From IMG/VR virus record IMGVR_UViG_3300032288_000917: a stretch of DNA of 64,000 nt. One strand, written 5' to 3'. Every line of letters begins with the position of its first letter. The stretch's first letter is position 1. Source of the stretch: an uncultured virus (IMG/VR IMGVR_UViG_3300032288_000917) (taxonomy: Duplodnaviria; Heunggongvirae; Uroviricota; Caudoviricetes). Position numbers and translations under genes: made by a program. Positions 1 through 9,957 of the stretch are shown one piece after another. The notes beneath the pieces are model-generated. The model made no database searches. It had not been told where the DNA came from and saw only the letters and a program-made list of their open reading frames with translations.

Positions 1-9
1 ATCAGACGC

Positions 10-207
10 ATGGACAAAGTAATAACATTAACATCAGATGAATATTATGCATTAATATCATACTTTGATGAAACTACAATAAACATCTCAAGTATGATAA
101 AGAAAAAAGGTTTAAAGACTACAAGAGACTTTGAATCTGTAATACAAAAGCTTTATAAAACAGATGCAAGTCGAGAAAATCAGGCGCAAGACATTCATTA
201 TACGTGA
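10..207 (+). CDS. small hypothetical protein (65 aa)
   Basis: ATG-started ORF on the coding strand of the block, overlapping the start of the next gene; no motif recognised. Confidence 0.5.
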   Translation: MDKVITLTSDEYYALISYFDETTINISSMIKKKGLKTTRDFESVIQKLYKTDASRENQAQDIHYT

Positions 208-1021
208 AAGTGGGCGCAGTACTGACTTTATATCTCCAAGCTTCGGGCATGGTTGTTTGTATAACTGTACTTATTGTTATATGAAGAGGCATAAGCCCGA
301 AGGCTTGGATATTGCTACAAATCCAGAAAATATTCTTACAGAAATTGACTCTCATGCATGGTTTGCTGTGGTAGATAAACCCAATCAAACACATGAGAAG
401 TATGTAACTTATGACATATCATGTAATGAGGACTTTGCGCTGCATGCAAAGTTTCATGCTTGGGAAAAGATATTTGACTTTTTCAAGTATCATCCTATTG
501 CTATGGGTTCATTTGCTACAAAGTATGTTAATCCAATTTTATTGACTTATAACCCTGAGCGTAAAATCAGGATTAGATTTAGTTTAATGCCTCAAGACTA
601 TTCAGATAAACTAGAGCCTAACACTAGTAAAATCATAGATAGGATCAAGGCTATTGATGAATTTATTACAGCAGGATATGATGTACATATAAACTTTAGT
701 CCTGTAATAGTACAGCCTGATTGGATTGCACAGTATAGGCAACTGTTTGAGCTAGTAGAAGAGCATGTTACTCAAAAGCATATAGTAAAAGCTGAGGTAA
801 TATTCTTAACTCATAACAAGCACAAGCATGCATATAATGTAGCACATAACTTACCAGGTGAAGAATTGCTATGGAATCCTAGTATACAAGAGGGCAAAAT
901 CTCTCAGTATGGTGGGGAAAATATAAGGTATGAGCACAATCTAAAAGCAGGATTTATCTACCAATTTAAACAACTGCACAATGAGATTATACCTTGGAAT
1001 AAAATAAGATACATATTCTAA
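164..1021 (+). CDS. splB: spore photoproduct lyase-like radical SAM protein
   Basis: CxxxCxxC motif (CLYNCTYC, nt 254-277); DISCNED resembling the SPL H-donor Cys motif; ATK, RFSL, GYDVHINFSPVI and C-terminal GG..RY segments typical of SPL-family proteins. Confidence 0.8.
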   Translation: MQVEKIRRKTFIIRESGRSTDFISPSFGHGCLYNCTYCYMKRHKPEGLDIATNPENILTEIDSHAWFAVVDKPNQTHEKYVTYDISCNEDFALHAKFHAWEKIFDFFKYHPIAMGSFATKYVNPILLTYNPERKIRIRFSLMPQDYSDKLEPNTSKIIDRIKAIDEFITAGYDVHINFSPVIVQPDWIAQYRQLFELVEEHVTQKHIVKAEVIFLTHNKHKHAYNVAHNLPGEELLWNPSIQEGKISQYGGENIRYEHNLKAGFIYQFKQLHNEIIPWNKIRYIF

Positions 1022-1036
1022 ACACACACATCAGCT

Positions 1037-3355
1037 ATGAAAGAAGACATTCTACATTCATCCTTAAAAGAGATTCAAGTATTCGGTGATATTAAATCTC
1101 ATAAGGCTGAGATAGATGCAGAAGATATGGCTTGGATTTTACAAATCCTATCCACTAATCTTTATTCAGATCCTATCGGATCTCTTATTCGTGAGTATAG
1201 CTCTAATGCATGGGATGCTAATGTAGAAGCAAACAATAAAAGTAAGCCGATTGAGGTAGGTATTCAGACTACTAAAGATGGTGGAACTTATTGGTATGTT
1301 ACAGACTTAGGCCCTGGCTTATCTCCACAAAGAATTGATACAATATATCGTAAGTTCGGTAAATCAACTAAAAGGAATAGTAATGAAGCTATAGGTATGA
1401 TGGGCTTGGGTAAATTCTCTGGCCTTAGTTATACCAATGAGATATTCATTAGTACTCGTGTAGATGGTATTCAATATGAATACCTCATGCACAAGTCTGA
1501 TAACTTACCTCAGATTGATTTGCTTGTAACTAAGCTTACAGACTTACCTAATGGTACTACTATTAAAGTAAACATCAAAGACTGGCAAGACAAAGGTAAG
1601 TTCATATCTAAGACTCAAGAACAACTTGCTTTCTTTGAGAATGTATTCTTTAATATAGATGCTAGACCTAATCTAAACTCTGACTTTAAGCTTATACAAG
1701 GTACAAGCTTTACAAGTTCTTCTTTAGAAGATAGAGGTTTACGTCTTAAGATTGGTCCAGTATCTTATCCTATTGACTGGGATTTACTTAAGGACAAAAG
1801 CTTAAGAAGCTTAAATGCTGATAGACTAGCCTTAAACTTTAGCATAGGTGAATTAGCTATTACTCCTAACCGTGAGTCTGTACTGTACAACAAAAAGACT
1901 ATTGAGAACATTGAGAAAAGACTAGAAGAGTTTAAACTAGAGCTGATTGAGCTGTACAACAATAAGATTCAAGAGTTTGAAGATAATGAAATAGATAATT
2001 ATCTAGAAGCTATCAGAAATCCTAGTGTATTTATAGGTGGCTATGCTGTTAGAATACAGAATCTTCTTCTTAATGCTAATGTTAAAATCAAACCTCCATT
2101 ACTTAAGAATCTAGGTGTAGCTGTATATCCTGATAATTATCAAGAGCTTATGTATGGCTTTAAGAATAGCAGGTATATCAGTAATGGTAGAAAGACTGTA
2201 AGAGAATTTTCTAGTATAAACAGGCTAGATGATACTCGTACAAAAACTATCATTATCAAGAAAAATCAGCTAAACGTACTTACAACAAAGTATCTATGTG
2301 ATAGCACAGGTAAAAGTAACTGGTATACTATCTACAGGACTAAAAGAGTTAGATTGTTTGCTCCTGGAGAACTAAACAATAAGTATAACTATTACTCATT
2401 ACTTAAACTAAAGCATGTACCTAAAAGTAAATGGCGTGAGACTATTGTAAAGTTCCAGAAGTGGCAAGATGCATATGTAGAGAAGTATACTGTAGACTAT
2501 GATAAAGTTCAGCCTACTAAAGAATGGTTATTAGATAACAAAACAAGCAAGAGTAGCGCTAATAACAAAACATCTTTACGTAAATCATCAGGTAAACTTC
2601 TTGTAAAAGTAGCATCACAAAGCCAGCATAGTGTAAGTTCTGCTGTATTTAGAAATGAAGATTGGCCTCTTAATACTCTAGAGAAGAAGAGAAAGCTAAT
2701 GGTGTATGGTACAGAAGAAGACAAAGACAAGCTGCAAATGGTCTTTGCTATGTCTTTTATAGTACCTAACCTATTGCCAATAATTACTGCTAAAAGCAAT
2801 CATAAGTACTTTAAAGACTTGTCTCAGTTTGTAGAAATTAACACGTATCTTACTACCTATCAACGTAGTACTGCAAAGCTTGTAAGTATATACAGATTGT
2901 TCCAGACACATAAAGAGCATGAAAGCTTTTACTTTACTTCTAATCTGATTGAAAAATTAAGACCTAATCTCAGCAAACTTATTAAATCAGTATATGATGT
3001 GTATTATTTGTATAAACAACAAGTAAACCACAGGTTTACATATGTATTCAGAGATAATTGGGAAAAGTTTATTGAAGGATTTGAAAAGACTGCTGTAGAA
3101 AAAGGTTATTTGGATTATAAGCTAGAAGCAGTAGGTGTTAAATATATTAAGTATGCTAAAATGTATAACTTCTTAATACATGTAAAGGATAATAACAGTA
3201 GTACACTTAGGACTTATAGTAAAACTCAAACAGCTTTTGCAGTAGAACTTTGCAGATTCAAGAAGACAAGAATGGCGTTAGAATACTATCAAAACAAACA
3301 AGAAAATGGAACAATTGCAGACTCTAATACAGAGCAAGAAGAAAGTACAGATTAA
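1037..3355 (+). CDS. rIIA: rIIA-like protein with N-terminal GHKL (Hsp90-like) ATPase domain
   Basis: LYSDP..IREYSSNAWDA, DLGPGLS, STKR.SN..IGMMGLG and NGTTI GHKL motifs; TPNRES motif; located upstream of an rIIB-like gene. Confidence 0.8.
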   Translation: MKEDILHSSLKEIQVFGDIKSHKAEIDAEDMAWILQILSTNLYSDPIGSLIREYSSNAWDANVEANNKSKPIEVGIQTTKDGGTYWYVTDLGPGLSPQRIDTIYRKFGKSTKRNSNEAIGMMGLGKFSGLSYTNEIFISTRVDGIQYEYLMHKSDNLPQIDLLVTKLTDLPNGTTIKVNIKDWQDKGKFISKTQEQLAFFENVFFNIDARPNLNSDFKLIQGTSFTSSSLEDRGLRLKIGPVSYPIDWDLLKDKSLRSLNADRLALNFSIGELAITPNRESVLYNKKTIENIEKRLEEFKLELIELYNNKIQEFEDNEIDNYLEAIRNPSVFIGGYAVRIQNLLLNANVKIKPPLLKNLGVAVYPDNYQELMYGFKNSRYISNGRKTVREFSSINRLDDTRTKTIIIKKNQLNVLTTKYLCDSTGKSNWYTIYRTKRVRLFAPGELNNKYNYYSLLKLKHVPKSKWRETIVKFQKWQDAYVEKYTVDYDKVQPTKEWLLDNKTSKSSANNKTSLRKSSGKLLVKVASQSQHSVSSAVFRNEDWPLNTLEKKRKLMVYGTEEDKDKLQMVFAMSFIVPNLLPIITAKSNHKYFKDLSQFVEINTYLTTYQRSTAKLVSIYRLFQTHKEHESFYFTSNLIEKLRPNLSKLIKSVYDVYYLYKQQVNHRFTYVFRDNWEKFIEGFEKTAVEKGYLDYKLEAVGVKYIKYAKMYNFLIHVKDNNSSTLRTYSKTQTAFAVELCRFKKTRMALEYYQNKQENGTIADSNTEQEESTD

Positions 3356-3719
3356 CCTTAAATATGATCTTTTAGGCAATCAAATAGAGCTAGGAGATGT
3401 AGTATTATGGTGTTGTCATAGTACATTTGCTGTAGGAAAAATAGTATCTTTACCTGAGAATGGTATAAATGTAACTTGTCTTATAAAAGAAAGACCTCGT
3501 TGGAACAATCCAAAAGCAATTTATAGACATGTACAGAAATGTAGTCCTCACAGAGTACCAACTGCATTTGCTAAAGAGTATATTACTGAAGCTTTAAATA
3601 TGCATAATGCCATAAGATATATAAGATTTTATGGAAAAAAACATTCAGATGGAGGAGTAATATATCAAACAGTAATCAATCTAACCAAGTTAAACATACA
3701 CACTGATGAAAATCCTTAA
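3306..3719 (+). CDS. hypothetical protein (137 aa)
   Basis: ORF fills the gap between rIIA and rIIB; DLLGNQIELGDVV start is typical of small SH3/KOW-like phage proteins; true start uncertain. Confidence 0.6.
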   Translation: MEQLQTLIQSKKKVQINLKYDLLGNQIELGDVVLWCCHSTFAVGKIVSLPENGINVTCLIKERPRWNNPKAIYRHVQKCSPHRVPTAFAKEYITEALNMHNAIRYIRFYGKKHSDGGVIYQTVINLTKLNIHTDENP

Positions 3720-4959
3720 GATTGACTCTACAGTCACTGTTATTACTGATGATGGGCAGGTAATAACTAGCAGCAATTGCTCAGAAGAACTCTTTAAAGA
3801 GATTTATGCTTATGTACAAAAAGGTAATGTAGATGCTGTAAAGCAATTACTCGTACCTGAATTGTGCGCTGAAGAAAAAACTTTCCTTGTTAAGAAGACT
3901 ATGGTAGAAACTATCCATACAATGGCTAGTAAATACCCTAATCTTTTTACAGTACAAGGCTCTGCTTTGTACAGAAATGGTATTAACTTAAGTGTCCCAG
4001 AAGAACTGGCTTTATCTTATGTAGAGGCTTATCAGGATTATCTGGAAAATCCTGAAGAAGGCTATCCTATATCTAACTTTCAGGATAATGAAGACTTCAT
4101 TGCTCTTGACAGGTTCTGGATGTGGTGTAGCTTAAATCCTAATGCAGAAAGCCGTGAGGATCTATTTAGGTTCTTGAAACACCATGAGATGCAGATTACT
4201 AACCAAGGTATGTTCTTAGCATATCGTAGGGTAGTATCTAAGAATGCTCAGAACAAAGGTCTTGTAGGATTTGTATCAAGCAACTATGTTAAGGTAAAGG
4301 CTAACTGGAAGAAAAGTCCAAAGTCTTATTATGTGTATGAGAAAGACGGTATGCTTCAACTTGTACATATGGATAGTGTATCAGATATAGTGAGTGATGA
4401 TTACACCTATACATACAAAGGTACTCTTGAGCAGCTATATCTTGACTTACCTAACCTTATGCAAGAGCAGTTCACAGATGCCCATACTCATACTATGGAC
4501 TATCGTATTGGTGTAGAAGCTAGAATAGAAAGGTATCAAGGCAATCAGTCTAACCAAGTATCTTGTTCTAAAGGTTTGCATGTAGCAAGTAAAGCTTATG
4601 ATTATTCAGGCTTTGGTGATACAGCAATTCTTGTAGCAGTTAATCCTATGGATGTATTAGCTGTACCTCGTGGTGAGGATGGTAAATTGCGTACTTGTGC
4701 ATTTACTCCTGTTGCTGTATTGGAAGTAGATGAGGAGAATAATATCCTGCAAGATGAAAGTCTTGACTTCTCTGATCTATTGTTTACTCATTATGAAGAG
4801 CAAGTAGAGAACTTGCGTAACATGCTTGAGACTAATACAGCTTATGAGTTGAATGTTAACCACATTCTTAATGCACCAAGTCAACACATGCTTGACACTA
4901 TCTTAAGCAACTTAAAATCAGCAGAAGAAATTATTAACAACAGAACAAGCTACATTTAA
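3706..4959 (+). CDS. rIIB: rIIB-like protein
   Basis: FW...LNPN..SREDLFRFL, IT..GMFLAYR, DAHT, CSKGLHV and VNPMDV.AVP....KLRTC motifs characteristic of rIIB. Confidence 0.8.
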   Translation: MKILKIDSTVTVITDDGQVITSSNCSEELFKEIYAYVQKGNVDAVKQLLVPELCAEEKTFLVKKTMVETIHTMASKYPNLFTVQGSALYRNGINLSVPEELALSYVEAYQDYLENPEEGYPISNFQDNEDFIALDRFWMWCSLNPNAESREDLFRFLKHHEMQITNQGMFLAYRRVVSKNAQNKGLVGFVSSNYVKVKANWKKSPKSYYVYEKDGMLQLVHMDSVSDIVSDDYTYTYKGTLEQLYLDLPNLMQEQFTDAHTHTMDYRIGVEARIERYQGNQSNQVSCSKGLHVASKAYDYSGFGDTAILVAVNPMDVLAVPRGEDGKLRTCAFTPVAVLEVDEENNILQDESLDFSDLLFTHYEEQVENLRNMLETNTAYELNVNHILNAPSQHMLDTILSNLKSAEEIINNRTSYI

Positions 4960-4961
4960 TC

Positions 4962-5537
4962 ATGGAAATTAAAATCTATAGAGAGCCAGAAAATGAGCAT
5001 TTAATCTTAGATGAAAATGCATTAGCTGAGTATCACAGATTAACTGAAGAATTAGGTATTCCTGCAGTTAAACCTGAAAAAGTACCTAATGTATATCAAC
5101 CAATAAACTTAGCACAAGCTAGGATTCTTGGTGCATTATGTCCTATGTCTGTAAAGATTACAGCTTACACTAAATCAACTATTCCTGTTGAAGTATTGCA
5201 GAGTATCAAGTTTGCTCAAAACATGGAAATGTTTGATTGGATGGAAGTATGGTATGATGATAAAGCTCCAGATCCTATGATTATTGGTAAGTCTTACCAA
5301 AGTGAAGAGGATCGTGTTAAAGGTTATAACTGGAGAATGCATCATACTCTTGTAGCAAGATGGGGTGATTGTGCTTATGAGTTTCTTGAGTTACTTGAAT
5401 TAGGGCGTCAAAGGATTATACAAAATCTTACTAATGAAGCTAAAGAAATAAAGCAATTAGTAGATATGTTCTTGGCAGAACCTGAAGTTCATACAGAAAA
5501 GTTTATTCAAACTGGTACAACAATCTACAAAAAATAA
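4962..5537 (+). CDS. hypothetical protein (191 aa)
   Basis: long ORF tightly packed in the operon; no function recognised. Confidence 0.75.
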   Translation: MEIKIYREPENEHLILDENALAEYHRLTEELGIPAVKPEKVPNVYQPINLAQARILGALCPMSVKITAYTKSTIPVEVLQSIKFAQNMEMFDWMEVWYDDKAPDPMIIGKSYQSEEDRVKGYNWRMHHTLVARWGDCAYEFLELLELGRQRIIQNLTNEAKEIKQLVDMFLAEPEVHTEKFIQTGTTIYKK

Positions 5538-5538
5538 T

Positions 5539-6795
5539 ATGCTAGACAGCAAAAGGGATGAAATCCAAAATGCTGCGGTAGATACCTGGGTACAAGCGGG
5601 TAAAAAAGGTACTCTTAATCTGAGTACAGGTATTGGTAAGACATTCTGTTTTATCAAAGCCACTCGCTTGTTACCTAAAGGTTCCAAGATTCTATTCTTA
5701 GCAGAGACTACTCAACGTGAGATTGATTTAGAGAAAGACTTAGCCTTCTTCAAGAAGCTGTTTAAGTATGATCTAAAGAAGACTCATCAGTTGACTTTTC
5801 TTTGTTATCAGTCAGCTTATAAACTGGTTGATCAAGAATGGGATTTTGTATGTGCAGATGAGATTCACTCTTCTCTCACACCGCAATACGTACAATTCTA
5901 TAAGAATAATACGTATAAACATATTATGGGGCTGTCTGCAACTGTAGACAGGAATACAGCTTATCTTGATGAAGAGGGTAACCAACTGACTAAGGGGCTA
6001 TGGGTAGACCAGATTGCTCCTGTCTGCTTCAAGTATAACCTCAATCAAGCTGTAGAAGATGGGACTACTAAGAAACTCAGGATGTTTATTATTAATCATG
6101 GTCTAGACCTTGTAAATAAGAATGTACCTGCAGGAACTAAAGCTGCTCCATTCATGACTACAGAAAAAGAGAGTTATGATTACTGGGATAACCAGTTCAA
6201 AAAAGCTCTGTTCTTACCCGATGGTAACATGAAGACCTTTAAAATTAGGACTACCTCTGCAGCTAGGGCTAAAGTATTGTATACTTTACCTAGTAAAATC
6301 AGAGAAGTCTTAAAGCTTTTACAAGCTATTAAAGGTAAAACCCTAGTATTTGGTAATAGTATAGAAGCATTATCTCTGGTAACTCCTAATGTAATTAGTA
6401 ACAAGAACTCTGAAAAGGCAAATGCTCAGCTTAGGCAAGACTTTGACGCAGGGAAAGTTGATACTATAGCTTCATTCAAAATGCTAAAGCAGGGTGCTAA
6501 TCTCAAGGATTTGGACAATACCATTCTCATGTCCTATTATTCCAAAGAATTAGACATGATTCAAGCTATTGGCCGTCAAAGAGTTAACAATAAGACGGGT
6601 AATATCTTTATTTATGTCACTTCTGGAACTCAGGAGGTAAAATGGTATAGGAAAGCTATGGAGAATATTAACAATTATGAAGAGATCCACTGTAATTCCA
6701 CGGACGACTGTATTACAAAATACAGGGCAATCATTGAAGAAGAAACTCAAAAAAGCAAACCAGTTGGGAAAGCTTCAAAAGTTCAATCAGCTTAG
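5539..6795 (+). CDS. superfamily 2 (DExH) helicase
   Basis: Walker A STGIGKT, Walker B DEIH, motif III GLSAT, motif VI QAIGRQR. Confidence 0.9.
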   Translation: MLDSKRDEIQNAAVDTWVQAGKKGTLNLSTGIGKTFCFIKATRLLPKGSKILFLAETTQREIDLEKDLAFFKKLFKYDLKKTHQLTFLCYQSAYKLVDQEWDFVCADEIHSSLTPQYVQFYKNNTYKHIMGLSATVDRNTAYLDEEGNQLTKGLWVDQIAPVCFKYNLNQAVEDGTTKKLRMFIINHGLDLVNKNVPAGTKAAPFMTTEKESYDYWDNQFKKALFLPDGNMKTFKIRTTSAARAKVLYTLPSKIREVLKLLQAIKGKTLVFGNSIEALSLVTPNVISNKNSEKANAQLRQDFDAGKVDTIASFKMLKQGANLKDLDNTILMSYYSKELDMIQAIGRQRVNNKTGNIFIYVTSGTQEVKWYRKAMENINNYEEIHCNSTDDCITKYRAIIEEETQKSKPVGKASKVQSA

Positions 6796-6836
6796 TAAAA
6801 TGGAGTCTGAAGATAGGTTCTTGATGTACAAAAATC

Positions 6837-7049
6837 TTGGATATGTTTGAACTAGTTATTATCTTTACCTTGCTATACATATTGTGTAAACTACATAATG
6901 TGCATATCATCAAACACAAGTTTCAGGGCATTTATCTATATTACGAGGTCAAGAAATTTGACATGTGGTATAAGGAATTTAAACCTATTGTAAAGAAGAT
7001 AAGGCTTTGGGACTTAGACTCCAAAGATGAAGAACCACCAATCTTCTGA
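6837..7049 (+). CDS. small protein with N-terminal hydrophobic segment
   Basis: MFELVIIFTLLYILC hydrophobic stretch; ATG at 6843 is the likelier start. Confidence 0.55.
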   Translation: MDMFELVIIFTLLYILCKLHNVHIIKHKFQGIYLYYEVKKFDMWYKEFKPIVKKIRLWDLDSKDEEPPIF

Positions 7050-7209
7050 GACCTGTTTATATTGCTTTGGCGCAAAGGAGCTTACTAGAGATGGTAAGCT
7101 TCCTGTGCCTTGCCCCTTATGTCAAGGGGGTAAGCTATCTGAGAAGGAATTGAAGAAAGCCAATAAAAAGCTTAAAATGTACACTAGATTCTTGGAAGAT
7201 GATAATTAA
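7027..7209 (+). CDS. small zinc-finger protein
   Basis: CLYCFG...CPLCQGG pair (DnaJ-like CxxCxG) followed by a basic tail. Confidence 0.6.
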   Translation: MKNHQSSETCLYCFGAKELTRDGKLPVPCPLCQGGKLSEKELKKANKKLKMYTRFLEDDN

Positions 7210-7756
7210 CATAGACTTGGAAAGTCTGTGCACTTCAGACCTTAGCCCTAATGAGTATGCAATCTTGTATTGCATATATCAGGCTAAAAATCCAAAAGAT
7301 CATTTATGTATTCCTGATACTGACTATTATCAAATAGCCAGCTCAGGATATTTGAGAGAAAACCCTCATTCAGAATCTAACTTTCCTTACTCTCTTACAG
7401 GAGATGGGCTTGCACTCTTTGAAAGAACAGACAGTTTCTCTAGTTTTGCAGAAGAATACCGCAACTTATTTCCTAAAGGAGTAAAATCTGGTAATGGTAC
7501 TCCAATAAGGGGTGATAAACAAGGTGTAATAAAGAAGATGGAGTGGTTTCTTCGTATGTACCCCGAGTTTTCCAAAACTACTATTCTTAATGCTACTAAG
7601 GTTTACATTGATCAGATGAGACAGAAAGGCTATGTCTATATGACACAAGCTGATTATCTCATACAAAAAGACAATGGTTCAAAGCTAGCTGCATTATGTG
7701 AAGACTTTGACAATAAAACAGCACATATTGTAAAGTCAGGAGAACGTAGGATATGA
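7199..7756 (+). CDS. putative replication initiator / helicase-loader-like protein
   Basis: N-terminal LSPNEYAILY wHTH-like start; ATGA overlap with the dnaB start; function inferred from position. Confidence 0.45.
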   Translation: MIINIDLESLCTSDLSPNEYAILYCIYQAKNPKDHLCIPDTDYYQIASSGYLRENPHSESNFPYSLTGDGLALFERTDSFSSFAEEYRNLFPKGVKSGNGTPIRGDKQGVIKKMEWFLRMYPEFSKTTILNATKVYIDQMRQKGYVYMTQADYLIQKDNGSKLAALCEDFDNKTAHIVKSGERRI

Positions 7757-8898
7757 GGATATACCAGAAGGTAAAGCAAGAAATTAAGAAGAACAAGCAG
7801 CTGAGATTGGATGGAGGATACACCTGCATCCCGTTTGTTCTGTTGCCTAAACTGGGGCAAGTAGTACCAGGTATTGAGCAGGAAAAGTATTATCTTGTAA
7901 CTGCTAACAGTAAAGTAGGTAAGACTAAGCTTGCTGACTTTTTGTTTGTTTACAATCCTTATGAGTTTGTAACAAGCAAGCACAGTGATGTAAAGCTTAA
8001 GATATTCTACTTCTCATTAGAGGTAAGCAAAGAAGAGAAGCTTAGCCAATTCTACAGCTATCTGCTGTATAAGAATCACAACATTGTAATATCCCCAGAG
8101 AAACTTAAGTCACGCTTTGAGAACTATATTCTTGAAGATGATATAGAGAAAATCTTGGATACTTATGATGCTGAGATGGATAAATTTGAGTCTATGGTAA
8201 CTATTATAGACAATGTAAAAAATCCTTTCGGTATTTACAAACACATGAGGGATTATGCATATAGTAATGGCGTACATTATGATAAAGATGGTAATGTCAT
8301 TCCTGTAGAAGCATTGTTAAGTGATAACCCACAGACTAAAGAGAAGGCTAATCTTGCTATAGCTGACTATAAGGCTAATGATCCTAATGAATATGTGATT
8401 ATTGTAGTAGACCACTTGAGTCTGTTGCATACTGAGAAAGGCCAGGATTTATGGACTACCATCTTTAACTTTAGTAGTAAGTATTGTCTTGCTATGCGTG
8501 ATAGATGGAGATATATTCCTGTAGTTATTCAGCAGCAAGCTGCAGATCAAGAGAAGCAACAATTCACTTTCAGAGGTGATAGTATTATTGCAAAGCTTAG
8601 ACCAAGTCCTGACGGTCTAGCCGATTGTAAACTTACACAGCGTGATGTAAATGTAATGTTTGGTTTGTTTGCTCCTCATAGGTACAAGATTGAGAACTAT
8701 GAAGGATATGATATAGACAAACTGGGAGACAATTACAGAGAGTTCAATGTAATGTTAAATCGTAATGGTTCAGGATTTATCAATATAGACTTATACTTTA
8801 ATGGGGCTTCTAACTTCTTTAAAGAACTTCTTCCAGCTGAAAAAATGGAAGAAAAGCACTACAAATCAATCGCAGCAATCAACGCAACAGCTAAGTAG
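7753..8898 (+). CDS. dnaB: DnaB-like (SF4) replicative helicase
   Basis: Walker A ANSKVGKT, FSLE catalytic Glu, Walker B IVVDH, QQ motif, NRNG arginine finger. Confidence 0.85.
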   Translation: MRIYQKVKQEIKKNKQLRLDGGYTCIPFVLLPKLGQVVPGIEQEKYYLVTANSKVGKTKLADFLFVYNPYEFVTSKHSDVKLKIFYFSLEVSKEEKLSQFYSYLLYKNHNIVISPEKLKSRFENYILEDDIEKILDTYDAEMDKFESMVTIIDNVKNPFGIYKHMRDYAYSNGVHYDKDGNVIPVEALLSDNPQTKEKANLAIADYKANDPNEYVIIVVDHLSLLHTEKGQDLWTTIFNFSSKYCLAMRDRWRYIPVVIQQQAADQEKQQFTFRGDSIIAKLRPSPDGLADCKLTQRDVNVMFGLFAPHRYKIENYEGYDIDKLGDNYREFNVMLNRNGSGFINIDLYFNGASNFFKELLPAEKMEEKHYKSIAAINATAK

Positions 8899-9388
8899 CC
8901 TTAATCCTGAATTTACAGAAGAAGAAGTTACTCAAATGCTTGCAGACTTACGTAGAGACTTAGATGCTTATAAAAACAGCATAAATAAGTTTAAAGAAGA
9001 AGTAGAAGACATTACTGAAAGTTTCAAGAATAACATTAGTACTACTATAGACATGGTAGATACTTTTGAACCTACTGCTCCTGTCTTTATTACTCGTAAG
9101 ATGGACAGTATTCTTGACTTTATTAATTCTTGTGATCCTTTGACTAAGGATAGAGTACTAGATGCATTGAAGAGTTCTTCTGCAGATAAAGCTTTATTCC
9201 TGACTGCTGTAAAAGATGATGAAAAGACTTATGTAATTCTCATGAACATAACCAGTCTTCCTGAAGAAGAAGGATTAGCTTTGGCTTATTCTACTGATCT
9301 GGACACTCTGAGTTATTTTCTTGCAGAGCTGACTACTCTTAGCGAAGATGACGTAAAAAATGAATTTAAAGATGGCAAAGAAGAGTAA
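8801..9388 (+). CDS. acidic hypothetical protein with coiled-coil segment
   Basis: long ORF; true start probably downstream of 8801 because the annotated start overlaps dnaB by about 100 nt. Confidence 0.6.
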   Translation: MGLLTSLKNFFQLKKWKKSTTNQSQQSTQQLSSLNPEFTEEEVTQMLADLRRDLDAYKNSINKFKEEVEDITESFKNNISTTIDMVDTFEPTAPVFITRKMDSILDFINSCDPLTKDRVLDALKSSSADKALFLTAVKDDEKTYVILMNITSLPEEEGLALAYSTDLDTLSYFLAELTTLSEDDVKNEFKDGKEE

Positions 9389-9668
9389 ACTTGAACTACT
9401 GGACTGTGAACGAGTAAATGACCTGCTTATAGATGAATGTAACAGGATTAAAGAGTTACTTGTAAAGAAGAACACAGATTATAACAATTCCTTGTATGCT
9501 AAAGCTCCTTTATTTGAGATTGACCCAAGAGTAGGGTTGATGGCTAGAATAAATGATAAGCTTAACAGAATAAAGCAAGTAGGATTGACTGATGCTACTG
9601 AAGACAGTCTAGATGATCTTATAGGTTACCTTATCCATTTAAAGATTACTAACAACTTAAATAAATAA
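9360..9668 (+). CDS. DUF1599 / nucleotide-modification-associated domain 1-like protein
   Basis: KKNTDY.NS, RINDKLNR and EDSLDDLIGY motifs of this all-alpha NTP-PPase-related family. Confidence 0.7.
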   Translation: MNLKMAKKSKLELLDCERVNDLLIDECNRIKELLVKKNTDYNNSLYAKAPLFEIDPRVGLMARINDKLNRIKQVGLTDATEDSLDDLIGYLIHLKITNNLNK

Positions 9669-9670
9669 TC

Positions 9671-9940
9671 ATGATTACAATTAAAGACAAGTCACTGGGC
9701 AAGTACAGTGTGGTAGAAGACTTTCAAGGCCTTAAGGTTCTTGATGAAACCGGTAAATCTCTGGTAAAAGTAGGTGCATTTGAGGAAGCTCTGAGGTATA
9801 TTGCCTCTAGACTTATCCTAGACAATGATGCTACTTATACTTTATGCGAGTATACTCGTAAGAAGAAAGAAGTGTATGATGCTATTGTAGCAGCTCAAGA
9901 GGCTGATCAACAGGTAATTCCTTTTGAAGAAGTACAATAA
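9671..9940 (+). CDS. hypothetical protein (89 aa)
   Basis: ORF packed in the operon. Confidence 0.65.
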   Translation: MITIKDKSLGKYSVVEDFQGLKVLDETGKSLVKVGAFEEALRYIASRLILDNDATYTLCEYTRKKKEVYDAIVAAQEADQQVIPFEEVQ

Positions 9941-9957
9941 TCTTAAAATGTGTATAG

